From contig NC_091999.1 of the NCBI RefSeq assembly GCF_044704955.1, positions 22,940,001-23,004,000 on the forward strand: a stretch of 64,000 nt of DNA, written 5' to 3'. Origin of the DNA: Pristiophorus japonicus (Eukaryota). Below are positions 36,311 through 48,325 of this stretch, in pieces (position 1 is the first letter of the stretch; each line of letters opens with the position of its first letter). The translations under genes were made by a program, and so were the position numbers. The notes under the pieces are model-generated. The model was not told where the DNA came from. It saw only the letters and a program-made list of their open reading frames with translations, and searched no databases.

Positions 36311-36633
36311 CCTGAGATCTGGTGAAGTTACGGCTTTGTGTGCCCCCTTCATGAGTGACCTGGCAGGTGTAGACCGAGCCGGTGAACCATTCCCTGTCGG
36401 GGAGTGGCAGACGACTGGCCGTCAAAACGTTTCCGTTCATCTAATAGGCGGGAGAGGTGATGAAGCCCGAATCCAGGAGTTGTCCACTCTTCAGCCAATT
36501 CACGGTCAGTGACTTTGGCCTTAATTCGATATTTGAACACATGGCGCTTGCATATCTGCTGCAGATGATTTGTTCAGTGGAGCTTAGCAAGAGGAGAACA
36601 ATTGGAGGAACGATGATCCGTTCAGGACGTTCA
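36311..36633 (-). pseudogene. IGHM: IgM Cmu2 exon
   Basis: Encodes PPIVLLLLSSTEQI…AMCS…LTVNWLKSGQLLDSGFITSP…[27 protein letters not shown], with an in-frame TAG at 36441-36443. Donor gttaga. Confidence 0.88.
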
Positions 36634-36780
36634 CTAGAAGGCATTTTATTGACATTGCTTGCAAAATAAATGATTAAGAAAGGCAAAGTGTCCTTATATT
36701 TTAACAAGTTCTTTGCTGTCAGATCCGCACTAACCTGGCATTTGCAGAGAGCAAAATTGTGCGCAGTATACTCAGTGTAA

Positions 36781-37050
36781 TATGCAGACCAGAACTGTGC
36801 ATAATATTGTAAGTGCGATATGGGGACCAGAACCATGCACAGTATTCTAAGTGTGATATGGAGAGCAGAGCTGTGCATATTATTCTAAGTATGATATGGA
36901 GAACAGAACTTTACACAGTATTCTAAGTATGAGATGGAAACCAGAATTGTAAACAAGATCCTAAATGTGATAAGGAAACTAGAACTGTGCACAGTATTCT
37001 AAGTATTATATGGAGACCAGAACTATGCACAGTACTCTAAGTGTTGTCTA
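36781..37050. repeat. 38-bp minisatellite (~7 copies) derived from a minus-strand CR1 segment
   Basis: The unit tatggagaccagaactgtgcacagtattctaagtgtga is the reverse complement of the CR1 LEYCVQFWSP-coding stretch, and the array runs on into single-copy CR1 sequence. Confidence 0.85.
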
Positions 37051-37122
37051 ACCAAGTTTCTATACAAGTTGAACATAAATTCTCACCTTATCACAGTTTG
37101 CCCTGTATCCCACATCATTAAC

Positions 37123-37421
37123 CTGACATTGTGATGTTCCACAGCGACCCACCACGTCGAACTTCGCAGCAGATTGTGCTGCTCCCCACCTCGGACTCGG
37201 TGATGGTTAACTGGCTGCTCAGGGTGTTGGTTCAATTCTTTTTGAGCAATGACGGGTAGGTCTTCAATCCAGTGGTGATCGGCTCTTTATCTTCCTCCCA
37301 GAAAAGGCTGATGATGTCACAGGAGTCGCCCATCACCAAACAGCCCTACGTGATGGAGCCATCGGTGCTGGGTTGTTCACAGGAGGAGAGCAGGGCGCAG
37401 AGGATGGGGGAGACGGTGTTA
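37123..37421 (-). pseudogene. IGHM: IgM Cmu1 exon
   Basis: Acceptor ccttcccag and donor gttaat. Encodes TPSP…SCEQPSTDGSIT*GCLVM…[15 protein letters not shown]…[25 protein letters not shown], with two stops and frameshifts. Confidence 0.9.
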
Positions 37422-38194
37422 CTGGGAAGGAATGGCCCATTGAACAAGTTAGACTCTGTAATCCGTGCTTATAATATAAATAAACAAATCGAAATTTGAC
37501 TGCAGAATAAACTAATTCCACCATTTCTCCATCAAAGGCTACACGGGCATTTGAGCTTCTGTCAGTTCTATCGTAAGCACCTGTCAATGCGCTGGTCAGC
37601 AACGCACCACTCTATCACCGAGCTCTATCACATTACACAACAAGAACCTTTACACAACTCGTCAATAAAGAAGCCTTCATTGGATCATGCAATAGCAGAA
37701 CAGAGACGTGTTCCTGTTATTTCGGCCTGCATTTATTTCTCAATGAGCACCATTTCTTGTCCTTTATTTAATTGCAGTTTGGGGAAATTTGCTCTGTGCA
37801 CATTGCCTGTGGTGTATCCCTACAAAACAACAGTGACTGCACTTCAAAGGAGCAGCGGAATTCCTGCTTAGGACGTTAGCAAAATACCCTTCAAACTTGC
37901 CTACCACATAATTCAACAGGTAGCATTTCCATAGTCTAGTTTCTAAGATGCAAGTTGTAAATGAACCGCGATTGAGTCGAATGTCTTCCTTATTTTCTCA
38001 GCATTTGAGTGAGAGCGATGTCCTTCAGCGCACTGTGATATGAGCTCTATTCCATCCAATTATATGCATGTCTCTTGAGTAGCCTGCTTCCTGCCACTCA
38101 ATTAATAATCCGAATAAAATACCATTCCAAAATCCGGTTAATTTGAAGTTTACTTCTTAAATGGCCCGTTTAAATTCCCATTGTTGTTCATGTT

Positions 38195-39095
38195 ATATAA
38201 CAATGACATGGACTTGGTTACAGGGAATACAATTTCGAAGTTCAAAAATGATGCAAAACCTGGCAACGCAGCCAATAGTGAGCATGATAGCAGCAGAGTC
38301 CATGAGGAGACAGATGGACCAGTAAAATAGGCTGGGACATGGCAATTGCAATTAAATGCGAATCATTGAGAAGCGATACACATTGGGTGGAAGTTGGAGA
38401 GGCAGTATTATCTAAATAGTATTGTTTTGAGGGGATGCACGAATAGAGAGATCTGGATGTACATATTCACAAATCTTTGAAGAGGGCAGGGCAAACTGGT
38501 AAGGCTGTTAGGAAAGCTTATGGGATACTTGACTTTGTAAATGGGGCATTGACTACAAAAACAAGGCGGTTATGCTAAGCTTACAGATCACGTGTTAGGC
38601 CTCAGCTGGACTATTGCGTACAATTTTGTCACCACAATGTAGGAAGGATGTCAAGCCCTTGGGGAGCGTAGAGGGGAGACTTTTACCTGGATGATGCCAG
38701 GGATGGGTTCTTCAGTTATGTGGAGAGATTGGAGAAGCTAGAATATTCTCCTTAGAGCAGAGGTTAAGAGGAGACCTAAGAGAGATATTCAACATTATGT
38801 CAGGTTTTGATATACTAAGTCGGGAGAAATTGTTCCGCTGGAAAGTAGGTGGGTTACCAAATGTCGCCGTTTTAAAATAATTGTGAAAAGATCAGAAGGT
38901 GAAATTAAGGTGATTTTTTTCACACAGAGGGTTGGTAATTTCAGGAATGCACAAGGCAGTATCTCCAGAAGGTCAGGAGGACTCATTTGCACGTTTACAA
39001 TGTAAACTCTGGGGAGTTGGACTAAATTGGACAGCCTTTCAGAGCCGGCACAGGCACGATGCCTGAATGGCCTCTTCCAATGCTGTGAGATGCTA
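38195..39095 (+). mobile_element. Old degenerate CR1 3' fragment in the J-C intron
   Basis: Remnants of tgttaggcctcagctggactattgcgtacaatttt (RPQLEYCVQF) and a 3' gaatggcctcttcc motif. Confidence 0.75.
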
Positions 39096-39824
39096 TCAGT
39101 CTACACGAGTCAGTGGGAATAGTTCTTCTAGATTTCATGGAAGGAAACACTTCATATTTTGGACACCTATACCAGATCTATTTTTATTGTTCGTTATAAT
39201 AAAAGAGGATATTTAAAATAAAGGGATCTTATAAATCTGACGCAAATTAGTCAATCACATGCTATTAGAAAGGCTTAAATTCATTGCGAATGACGACTTA
39301 TTGCAGGTTGACTCTCTCTCTTTAAATGTTTCACAGAATTGCAGCTCAGTGACTGTGTGCCTTGTGTTGTGACCCAGGCCAATAGCTGCATCTCGTCACA
39401 GTTTGTCCCTGCCTTTAACCTTCTCAGGAAGAATTGGACAACATAATCTTTCTAAACATGAGGTCCCCATGACGGTTATTTGAAGTGGGAGTCTCGATAT
39501 TCTCTATTTTAATTGTGGAAATAACTTGTAACCTCCCATCAGATCAGAACAGGCGCTGCTTTCTGGAGCGTTATTCACTTCCTGAACCTGTTTGTTCTGA
39601 AAGTGAGCTGAGGATCAGGCCAATCATGTTCATTAGTAATCTGATGCTCAAAATGTTCAAACATTAATAACTCATTAAAAATTGGGCATTTTTTCAGAAA
39701 GAATATAAACATCAAAGAATGTGCGCTTTTTAATCTGGGCAATGGGACGAATTATTGTATATATCTGGCACGAGCAGTTTATCTGCTATCTGTTCGTCGC
39801 AGATAACGATGCCGAGAACACTGC

Positions 39825-40335
39825 CTGACCAAGCACTCTCAGGTCAGATACATCACGGATAAGAGAGCAAAGCTCCCGCTATGCTGCCGTGTGGGTCAGG
39901 ACAGGTATAGCAAGTGTTGCACACAGAGTAATATGTTATCTATACTATCCCGTCAAACATTCCCAGCTCAAGTACTGCAGAGATGTGCTACGAAATGTCT
40001 TCCCTTAAAATGCGTTATCAAATTGACCGATTAATTAAGCACAATTATGACGAGTACAATGAAAAGCTTCCAATACACTGTCCCATTAAAGCGCACCACC
40101 CCTCCAAAGCTCTGATTAAATAGAAGATCATTCTATATTGAAGGACCCAATTAAGTTCCACGTCCTTGTAAAGAAAAGGTTAAAGACTGATTAAAGCTAT
40201 CTCTGCAATGTCCCATCAAGCATTGCCAGAAAAGATAACGCACGGGTTAGTTGCAGAGTAAAGCTGTCATATCAAACACTGTCAGGGCAGGTACAACCGG
40301 GTTAGAAACTGATTAAAGCTCCTTCGACTGTCTCC
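39825..40335 (+). repeat. Degenerate ~65-bp tandem repeat (agagtaaagctccctctacactgtcccatcaaacactcccagggcaggtacagcacgggttag type)
   Basis: Recurring taaagctcc…gtcccatcaaaca…caggtaca. Same family as 52704-53052. Confidence 0.75.
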
Positions 40336-41829
40336 CCGTGGTGTTTCAGAACTGCTCCTTCTGACTGTCACAAAGTGGATTACTGATCTCATCTCTACGG
40401 CGACTCCTCAACCTTAAAGTCAATCTTTCCCGTTTCTCACATATACCAGTTTCTTAAATAACTGAATTAAGTGACACTGCCCGCAATACAGGATCACAAC
40501 CCAGAAGGTTTACAACCCGTGAGGAGGACTCCTGATTCTCACCCAGTGAGCAGGCGCACAGAAACAGAACAGACACAAACGGTGCAACAAGGGTGCTCTA
40601 GGCAGAGAGAGACCAGTTCAATCTGTTAATTTCAATGAAGCTGTTTGATTTCTAGTTTATTTCTTGTCAATTTCCAACCACCTCAACGCTGCAGATTCTT
40701 TGAAATTAATCTGATATTAATTTGAGAGACTCTTCAACATCCAGCCATTTCCCCATCTCTGTCAACTATCTTGTAAACCGTGTAAAGATTAACTTCCCTG
40801 AAAGCAAGTATCTGTAAATAATTCACATTCCACGGGAATTTTCTGCCTGTCACACGGGTCTCGGTGACAGAGAAAGAATGTCACAATCCAGGAGACATAT
40901 CCAGTGATACCTAATCACCCACTGATTTTATATGTTTTCATCAGTAAATATAAACTGTAAAATCATCGTGGCAAAACAGGAAATTAATTCACTAAAATCT
41001 GCAGCGACACCTTGTCGAACTCAGCACAGCCGAGTTATCAATGCATTGTTTTCTAAATTAATTTATGAATGAATTAAACATTATCTCCAACGCATGAAAT
41101 TTTGCAATAATTGTAATACTGACCAGTATGCAACACAATTGTAAGGGCTCGCTTATGTTTTAATGAATTAGCACTGATGTTACATTCTAATTTAATGTTC
41201 ATGTTAGCTGAATATTGAAAATAATCTGAGTGCCAGTCTGGCCCTTCCTCCTCAGAAGCATACCTACCTGGAACTTTTGAAATTAAATTAATGTGCTTGA
41301 ATTTCAGCCATACAAATACAAGTAATTATTAATAATTCTAAAACCTTTTCTGCCTGATAACTTGTGATATATTATGGTTTACTTAACTTACCATAACAAT
41401 TAATCAATATTAAAATATTAAGCAGCATATTAATACATAGCTACTCAGAAATATACCTTATTTTTACTTAAATGGAATCAAACTTGAATAATTGACAATA
41501 ATCACGCAGTTCAACTATTGTCCCGCTCTCGACCGACACCTTTTTAAAATCTGCATGTTTCTAATATAGCATAAACTGCGTCTATTCGCAGAGAACATTT
41601 CACATGATGGATTTGGGGGTGGACTAATTTAAATAGTTCTCTGTCCAGCCGGGGTCACAACTCCGATGGGCTGTAAACCGCTTGTTTACTAATGCTGGAA
41701 TCTCGAGCTGAAATATTCTCCTCAATCTTAAACCCCAAAAATGGTTTTATTAATTAAAATCCATCCTTGCAGTTTGCAGTCAGTAGTAGAGCCTCCGCTA
41801 CTTAATAACACAGACAATCTTTTAAAGTT

Positions 41830-41915
41830 CATAGAAACATAGAAAGTAGCTGCAGGAGTAGGCCATTCGGCCCTTCGCGCCTCCACCGCCATTCAATGAG
41901 TTCATGGCTGAACAC
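41830..41915 (-). mobile_element. Very short CR1 3' tail insertion
   Basis: catagaaacatagaaa…gcaggagtaggccattcggccc…gccattcaatgagttcatggctgaac mirrors 60647-60741. Confidence 0.8.
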
Positions 41916-43970
41916 TCCAGTTATTCACAAAATGCCCATAAGTTAATGATTATATATATTCTGCTACTTCTTGAAAATAGTTTCCAGAATGGTCAGTGTA
42001 AAACTAGAGGATAACAATTCATTCAGACCATCTGGGGCACTGAAACTGAATGAGCAAATGGAGGAGAGACATTGTTCATCAATTTAATATTAATAAGAAT
42101 TAAACATAGCTCTCAGATATGATTTGTGCTTTGTCTACCGTTCTATTCCGCATACAGCAGCGTTTTGGGAGATAGGATTTTGTTTTAAATTCAAAATGAG
42201 ATGAACCTTTTGTAAGTAAATTAATCTGCTTGAATTTCAATGGATTATTTGCTGTCTCCAGCCATACGCAGTCGGAACCTGCCTTGAATTTCAATATAAT
42301 TACATGAACAATTCTTTGACTGCCAGCGACGCCTGTCTCTCAGCTTTTGTTCTTGCAAAGTGTTCAAGATTAACTTAGTGATAATTCTATCAAACAACAC
42401 ACAATATTGATTCAATAACAAATTTCTGCTACACAGTGAGAATGTCATACCTCGGCAGATATATTAAATTGACAAAATGGAATTTGCAACACGGCTTTAA
42501 GTTATAATTAATTGCACTCAGTCATTCATCTGTGTAAACAGGAGGTAGCAAGTAATTGAACTCCCGACTCAAACTGAACACAGCGGTGGAATCAGTATGT
42601 TGTTAATGAAATAATTGCAGGCATAATTAATAACTGTATCCAGCCTCTAAAAGTTTCTGCTTCCCTTAATGGTGCCCAGTGTAGAGCAGGATTTTTGAAG
42701 GCGAATAATATTAAGTAAATGAACATTGGACTTATAGCATATTTGAATAACATTCAGAGATATTATTGCATTATAATCGGTTGGTTAATAGTAATTTAAT
42801 CCAACGACAACCTGAATAAGTTAATTATGTAGATGGCAACTAGTTACATTTCACATATTAATATACCAGCATCGTCAACATAGATTAATAGTTGAATATA
42901 TAATTATCACTTCAATAATTGTGATGTTAAAATACTTTTCAATAATTTCTGATGTCTAAACCCGTCCTGTTCTTTGCCTACCGACTGTTTTCAAACAGTT
43001 TCAAAATACATATCGTATTTGGATTCGATCAGAAACCTGCTGCTCTCACCGATATTAAACATTGTAGAAACGCCAAACAGTTTCACAAATTCTAGGTATT
43101 CTGAGTAACACAGGCACAAACTCTCCTCAGCAGATCAACACTAAATCACATCGCTGAGGGGCGGAATCCCTCGACAGAACCTTTCATGGAGCAGATCCGT
43201 AATTCTATAAACCCTTTCAGCAGAATCAAATGTATCATTGCAAAAAATCTCATTACACAATCACCAAACCCGCCTAACACTGAAATAACGAAAGATTGAA
43301 TTCAACAGAAATATAAAATACTGACAGAGAATTGTGATTGGACGGATCATGTTAAATACATTAATTTTAATATTATAGCGTATTTCAATAATAATTGGTG
43401 ATGTTACTACGCTATAATAATGTTAATTAAAATGTGTTCCAGCTGGAAATATGTTAATTTTTCAGTTCTTAATTACAACTCACGTATTGAATCTGATCAT
43501 TCGGGAACATTCGGTCAGTAGATGACAATGTAATTTTCATGAAAAAACTTAAAAGACCTTAAGGTTATTTACTGACCTCGAAGCTTTCTGTTTTGTGCCT
43601 ACAATGTTCTTTTAAACACATTCAAACACAATGTTTGCATTCGATCAGAAAAACTGCAGCAATCAGAGGTCACCAAGATTAAACTTTGCAGAAACGTCAA
43701 ACAGTGTAATAATCATAAGGTATTTAAAGTAACCTCGACACACAGTCTCATCAGCAAATAAATACCAAATCACATCAACAACATTTTCTGTGGAGAAACA
43801 GTTGAATTCTATAATCACTTTGCAGCAGAATCACATTGATAATTGCAAAAAATCTCAAAACAAAATCCACCGGACCCAAGTTTCAGTGAACGAAATAATT
43901 ATTAAAATAAACAGAAATATAAAATAAAGACACAAATACAAGTGTTACTGAATCAGTGAATGCTCCTTAC

Positions 43971-44020
43971 CTGCAGTCACCGTCACCATGGCCCCTTGTC
44001 CCCAGTAGCCAATTGCGTAA
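43971..44020 (-). pseudogene. IGHJ: JH segment, probably germline-joined D2-J
   Basis: Encodes YAIGYWGQGAMVTVTA with donor G|gtaagg. Confidence 0.92.
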
Positions 44021-44048
44021 CAGAGTGAGACACGTTGTGTCAAATACT
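44021..44048 (+). promoter_or_regulatory. 12-bp-spacer RSS in front of (D)J, heptamer mutated
   Basis: CAGAGTG + 12 nt + TCAAATACT (6/9 match to ACAAAAACC). There is no nonamer at 22/23 spacing. Confidence 0.6.
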
Positions 44049-44256
44049 CCGGCGGACTGTTAACTGTAAAATACAGAGATTAAATTCCACCCAGCTCTAA
44101 AAACCCGATTCCGACTATCGTAAGAGTGAATCAGCGAGATATTTCATTTTGTACCGTTCATTATATTTACAAAAATGATTGGAATACTTCTGAAGCATCT
44201 GTGCATGTTCAACATGGCAATCAATAGTAATAAAGAAGAAAACAGTTATACATTTA

Positions 44257-44282
44257 AATATATATATATATATATATATATA
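44257..44282. repeat. (AT)n microsatellite
   Basis: Direct reading of the sequence. Confidence 0.95.
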
Positions 44283-44373
44283 ACTTATTTCTAATTATTT
44301 TTATTTAAGCCTCAGTTCCTTCGACGCTCCAGGCGTGGTAATGGTCGCAGGTTTGAGCAAACTCCCTGTATGG

Positions 44374-44411
44374 GGTTTTTGTATGGAGAGCTCGCTCTGT
44401 ATTGCACTGTG
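44374..44411 (-). promoter_or_regulatory. Perfect RSS with 22-bp spacer, 3' of VD
   Basis: CACAGTG (44411-44405) + 22 nt + ACAAAAACC (44382-44374). Confidence 0.95.
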
Positions 44412-44430
44412 ACCCACTCCCGTAGTCCTT
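44412..44430 (-). other. D1-like segment fused directly to VH
   Basis: 19 nt AAGGACTACGGGAGTGGGT lie between YYCAR and the heptamer. The ACTAC…GTGGGT core resembles shark IgM D1 as I recall it. Confidence 0.7.
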
Positions 44431-44731
44431 CCTTGCACAGTAATAGATGGCGGTGTCTTCGCTCCTCATGTTCTTCATGTCCAACGTGAAGATGTTGTTT
44501 GAAGTGTCTTTGGATGCAGTAAATAGGCTCTCAATCCCTGGGACGTTATTGTTGCTCGCTGGAATGTAGTAGTAAACCAGCCACTCCAGCTGCTGTGCGG
44601 GAACCTGGCGGACCCAGTTCATGCCATAGCCGCGAAGATCGAACCCGCTGTTTTACAGGTCAGTCTCAGGGAGCCTCAGGAAATCCTGGTCTTTGCCTCG
44701 GGCTGAGTCAACACCACATCCGACTGGACAC
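44431..44731 (-). pseudogene. IGHV: IgM-type VH exon (pseudogene)
   Basis: Encodes VQSDVVLTQPEA…[14 protein letters not shown]…MNWVRQVP…LEWLV…[18 protein letters not shown]…[13 protein letters not shown] at 44676-44678 and a 1-nt deletion after CKT. Confidence 0.95.
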
Positions 44732-44858
44732 CTGTAAAAATAATCAAAATACCCCGAGGATCAATCCTCGAGAAATGATTCCTGACTCTGTAAAATTCCA
44801 TAGAGAGACTATCACTGAGACAGTAACAATGAGAGAATTGGACAAAAAAAATAATCAC

Positions 44859-44904
44859 GGGAAAGTAAAGCCAGCAACAGAACGAAAGCAATCGCCGACC
44901 TCAT
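44859..44904 (-). pseudogene. IGHV: VH leader exon
   Basis: 46 nt encoding MRSAIAFVLLLALLS(R). Donor gtgatt and a 127-bp intron give a phase-1 join to RVQS|DVVLTQ. Confidence 0.92.
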
Positions 44905-44994
44905 CCTCCTGGCAATGTGTGGTGACTGGTTCCGGCAAGAACTCACAGAGCAAACCCACTCCCAGACTGTTGTATTGCGCTCCCAGTGGCCGGC

Positions 44995-45082
44995 AGCTAA
45001 ATACCCGGGAGATGGGGGCGAGGTTAAAGGCGCCACCCATTGATTCCCTGATAGAAGCGGTTTCTGGATCCACGTCACTCTT
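44995..45082 (-). promoter_or_regulatory. Octamer-less VH promoter with a CRE/decamer-like motif, CAAT and TATA-like box
   Basis: AGTGACGTGG (45079-45070), TCAAT (~45043-45039) and TATTTA (~45003-44998). No ATGCAAAT upstream of the ATG. Confidence 0.6.
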
Positions 45083-46635
45083 TCCACATCACCAACAGAA
45101 TGGACTCACATCTGGACTGTAAATTAAATCCCTTTATTCCTCACTCTTTCACAGGGGATGTAAATCTTTGAGATTGAATTACATTATCAGGATCTAAAGA
45201 CACGGCCAGTTTGTGCTTTTACATCTCCCGCTATCTATCCATGCAACTGTACCAGTAAAGTATCCCCTATAATCTGAATTGATATCACTCTATGTACCCG
45301 AGTGCGGTAGATGGGTAATGTGATTCGATTTACAGTGTACTTGGCTGAAGCTACACTTTTGTTCTGGAGATGAGATCATACTCCTCACATTATACAATTG
45401 TCTCTCACTGCATTTCACTAACTGCCCCTGAGTCTGTGACTCGAAGACAGCCGTTTGTAAATTTAGCTGTAAAATAAGTCCGCTTGTCTGATGATTAAGG
45501 AGTGAGTTGACGAAGACACATAAGAAATTGGGGCCCGCCCGCTTCAGACCAGCGTTTTATGAGAGAAGCTGGTGAATCAGAATCGATAATGTGATCAGCA
45601 AACCTCGACATCCAAATCCTTGCAGCTAACTTTAATAGCGACAGAATGTGTAACAGACACGGGTAACAGGAACACGGTCTATCAGGACATAGTGATATGT
45701 TACAGAATATCACAGGAATAAATGCTTCATCTCCAGCAGAAACAGATCACAATCTGGGCCTTTCACCACCCACTGGTAGCCGGGCTGTGAGAGGGCTTGT
45801 TCAGCGATCCAAATCAGTTCAAATTACACTGCACACTGCGCGGCTACTAATCACGAATAATGGAGACATTAGTTTAGACCAGGCGCAGAATTCTGTGAGA
45901 ATATTAAAGACGTGCAGCTGGCACTTCTCTGTGAGAATATTCAAGGCACTTCAACCTGTTTTAGTTACTTTACGAATCCCACTCATCACATTACAGTGTG
46001 GGGTGAGGCCATTAAACCTCTCTCCAGCACTTCATGCTGTACTGAATAAATCGACTGAAAGATTTAGAATGGTCTTTATTTGGAAATAGTTTTCATTAGG
46101 TACCGTGTGGATCAATTCAATATTTTTCCGATCCTGTTTTTTAATATTTTGAGCATGCAATTTACGTAAAATCATTCTTGAGATGTTATACTATGTAAAA
46201 TGTTTCTTATTTTAAAAGTTCGACTGAATAATGTAATATTTAAATAGTTAAATACCATCTTTCTCTCATTCTTGTTCACGCTAATCTGACCCGCACAATA
46301 TTTGGCAGTAACCCAACCGACTGCCGTCAGCGAGCCTCGAACACCAGTGTCATTTTTAGGAAGCATCTGGGGTTCTGTGCACTCCATCAAAGGTCAGTTT
46401 TCTCTCTACTGACCGCATGCCTGGAAGCCAACTTCAAAACATTTACGTTGTGAAAAGACCTATTTATATACACATCTACCCAATAACAGAACTGGTGTTA
46501 AGTAAAAATTTTTCGTTGTGTAAATGTGTGTAACTATTCACATATTGCAGGAAAGGAAATATATCCAAAGTCTCAGACATCATGTCATTAGCAGCAGTCA
46601 GCTGGAGTATCAGTACTGCACATAACCCTGTAATA

Positions 46636-46887
46636 NNNNNNNNNNNNNNNNNNNNNNNNNNNNNNNNNNNNNNNNNNNNNNNNNNNNNNNNNNNNNNNNN
46701 NNNNNNNNNNNNNNNNNNNNNNNNNNNNNNNNNNNNNNNNNNNNNNNNNNNNNNNNNNNNNNNNNNNNNNNNNNNNNNNNNNNNNNNNNNNNNNNNNNNN
46801 NNNNNNNNNNNNNNNNNNNNNNNNNNNNNNNNNNNNNNNNNNNNNNNNNNNNNNNNNNNNNNNNNNNNNNNNNNNNNNNNNNNNNNN
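46636..46887. other. Assembly gap (Ns)
   Basis: Run of N. Confidence 1.
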
Positions 46888-47510
46888 AAAGGTCAGTGCT
46901 GGGTCCACTATTGTTCACAACTTATATTAACAATTTAGATTTTGGAGTCAAACACACAATATCTAAATTTTACCAATGCAATTGGGGCGGGCGGGTCGGC
47001 GTGTAAATACTGTGGAACTAATTAAATACTGCAACTAATTAAAAGAATACACGAACTGACTCATTAATTTCAACACAGACAAGTATGATTTATTACAGTT
47101 TGGTGAGAAAAATAAGGAGGTCACTTATCACGTTTAACATAAGAATCTATGTGGGATGGAGGAACACAGGTCTCTGAGAATGCAAATACACACATCACTA
47201 AAGGTAGCGACGCAGGTTAATAATGCTATAAAAAGAAGAACATCTACACTCGGGTTTATTTCTGGAGGGATAGAATTGAAACGTGCAATAGTTATGCTAA
47301 ACATGGTTAGACCACACTTGACGTACTTTGTATAATTGACCAATCCCCCGCCATTTCCCTGAAGCCCTGCATATGTTTCCATTACGATATGTGGATAGTG
47401 CAGGGAAGGGGAGTTGAGGTAGAAGAGCAGCCATGATCCCGTTGAATGACGGAACAGGCTCGCTGAATCATATGGCCTACTCCTGCTCCCAATTCTTATG
47501 TTGTTATGTT
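46888..47510 (+). mobile_element. Degenerate CR1 RT/3' fragment
   Basis: ggtcagtgctgggtccactattgttc (GSVLGPLLF) through to a tggcctactcctgctcccaattcttatg tail. Confidence 0.8.
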
Positions 47511-47529
47511 GTGATTTCCGAGGAAATAT

Positions 47530-48325
47530 GGACATTAAATACTCAATCTCTCCTGATAGAACAGCCTCACGCCCCCGCCGCCGTCCCAGGAATCAGATCA
47601 GTCTGATGAACCTGAGATGCACTCCCTCCAAGGCAAGTGCATCCTTCCTTAGATAAGGAGAACAAAACTGTACACGATACACAAGGTGTAGTCTCAGCAG
47701 AGCCCTATATAAGTGCATGAAGGCTTCTTTTTTCTAATACTCCAATCCCTTTGCAATAAAATGTTGCTTACCATTTGCTTTCCTAATTGCTCACTTTGGC
47801 TCCATGTTAGCTTTCTGTGATTCGTGTACAAGGCCATCCAGGTCTTTCTGAATAACAATATTACCCAGTTTCTCAGCATTCAAAAAATTTTCTGCGTCTC
47901 TATTTGTCCTACCAAAGTGCGTAACTTCACAATTCTCCACATTATACTCAATCTGCCATGTTCATGCCCACTCACTTAACCTGTCAATATCCCTTTGCAG
48001 CCTCCTTACTTCTTCCTCACTGTTTACTGTCCCATCTACCTTTGTATTTTAAAGTACGCTAATTTAAGTCATCTTTCTATACACGTGTAGAAGCTCTAAC
48101 AATCTGTTTGTAGATTTTGATAGCTTATTTAATTTTATATTTTCTCCCATATTATCAGTTGCATGTGCATCTTTTGCAGAATTCCAAAATCTTCCCAATT
48201 TTCTTGCTTACTACTCTTTTTGTCAACATTCCATGGCTGTTAATTTAATCTAATACTATCTTTAACTTCCCTTGTTAGCCACGGTTGCACCATTTTTCCT
48301 GTGAGGTTTTTATTCATGATGGAAG
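47530..48325 (-). mobile_element. Degenerate CR1 fragments
   Basis: caaaactgtacacgatac and ccatttgctttcctaattgc are reverse complements of the YCVQF and RKANG coding sequences. Confidence 0.75.

Noticed and set aside
42432-42470. Isolated CACAGTG heptamer in the J-C intron
   Set aside because: No nonamer at 12 or 22/23 spacing, and no J or D coding sequence.
32758-44904. IgW, IgNAR or TCR-delta identity for the Ig locus
   Set aside because: The leader, VH, four C exons and NSCQ tail match shark IgM, and the J has WGQG.
47180-47187. Octamer ATGCAAAT upstream of VH
   Set aside because: It lies inside a CR1 fragment more than 2 kb away and across the assembly gap.
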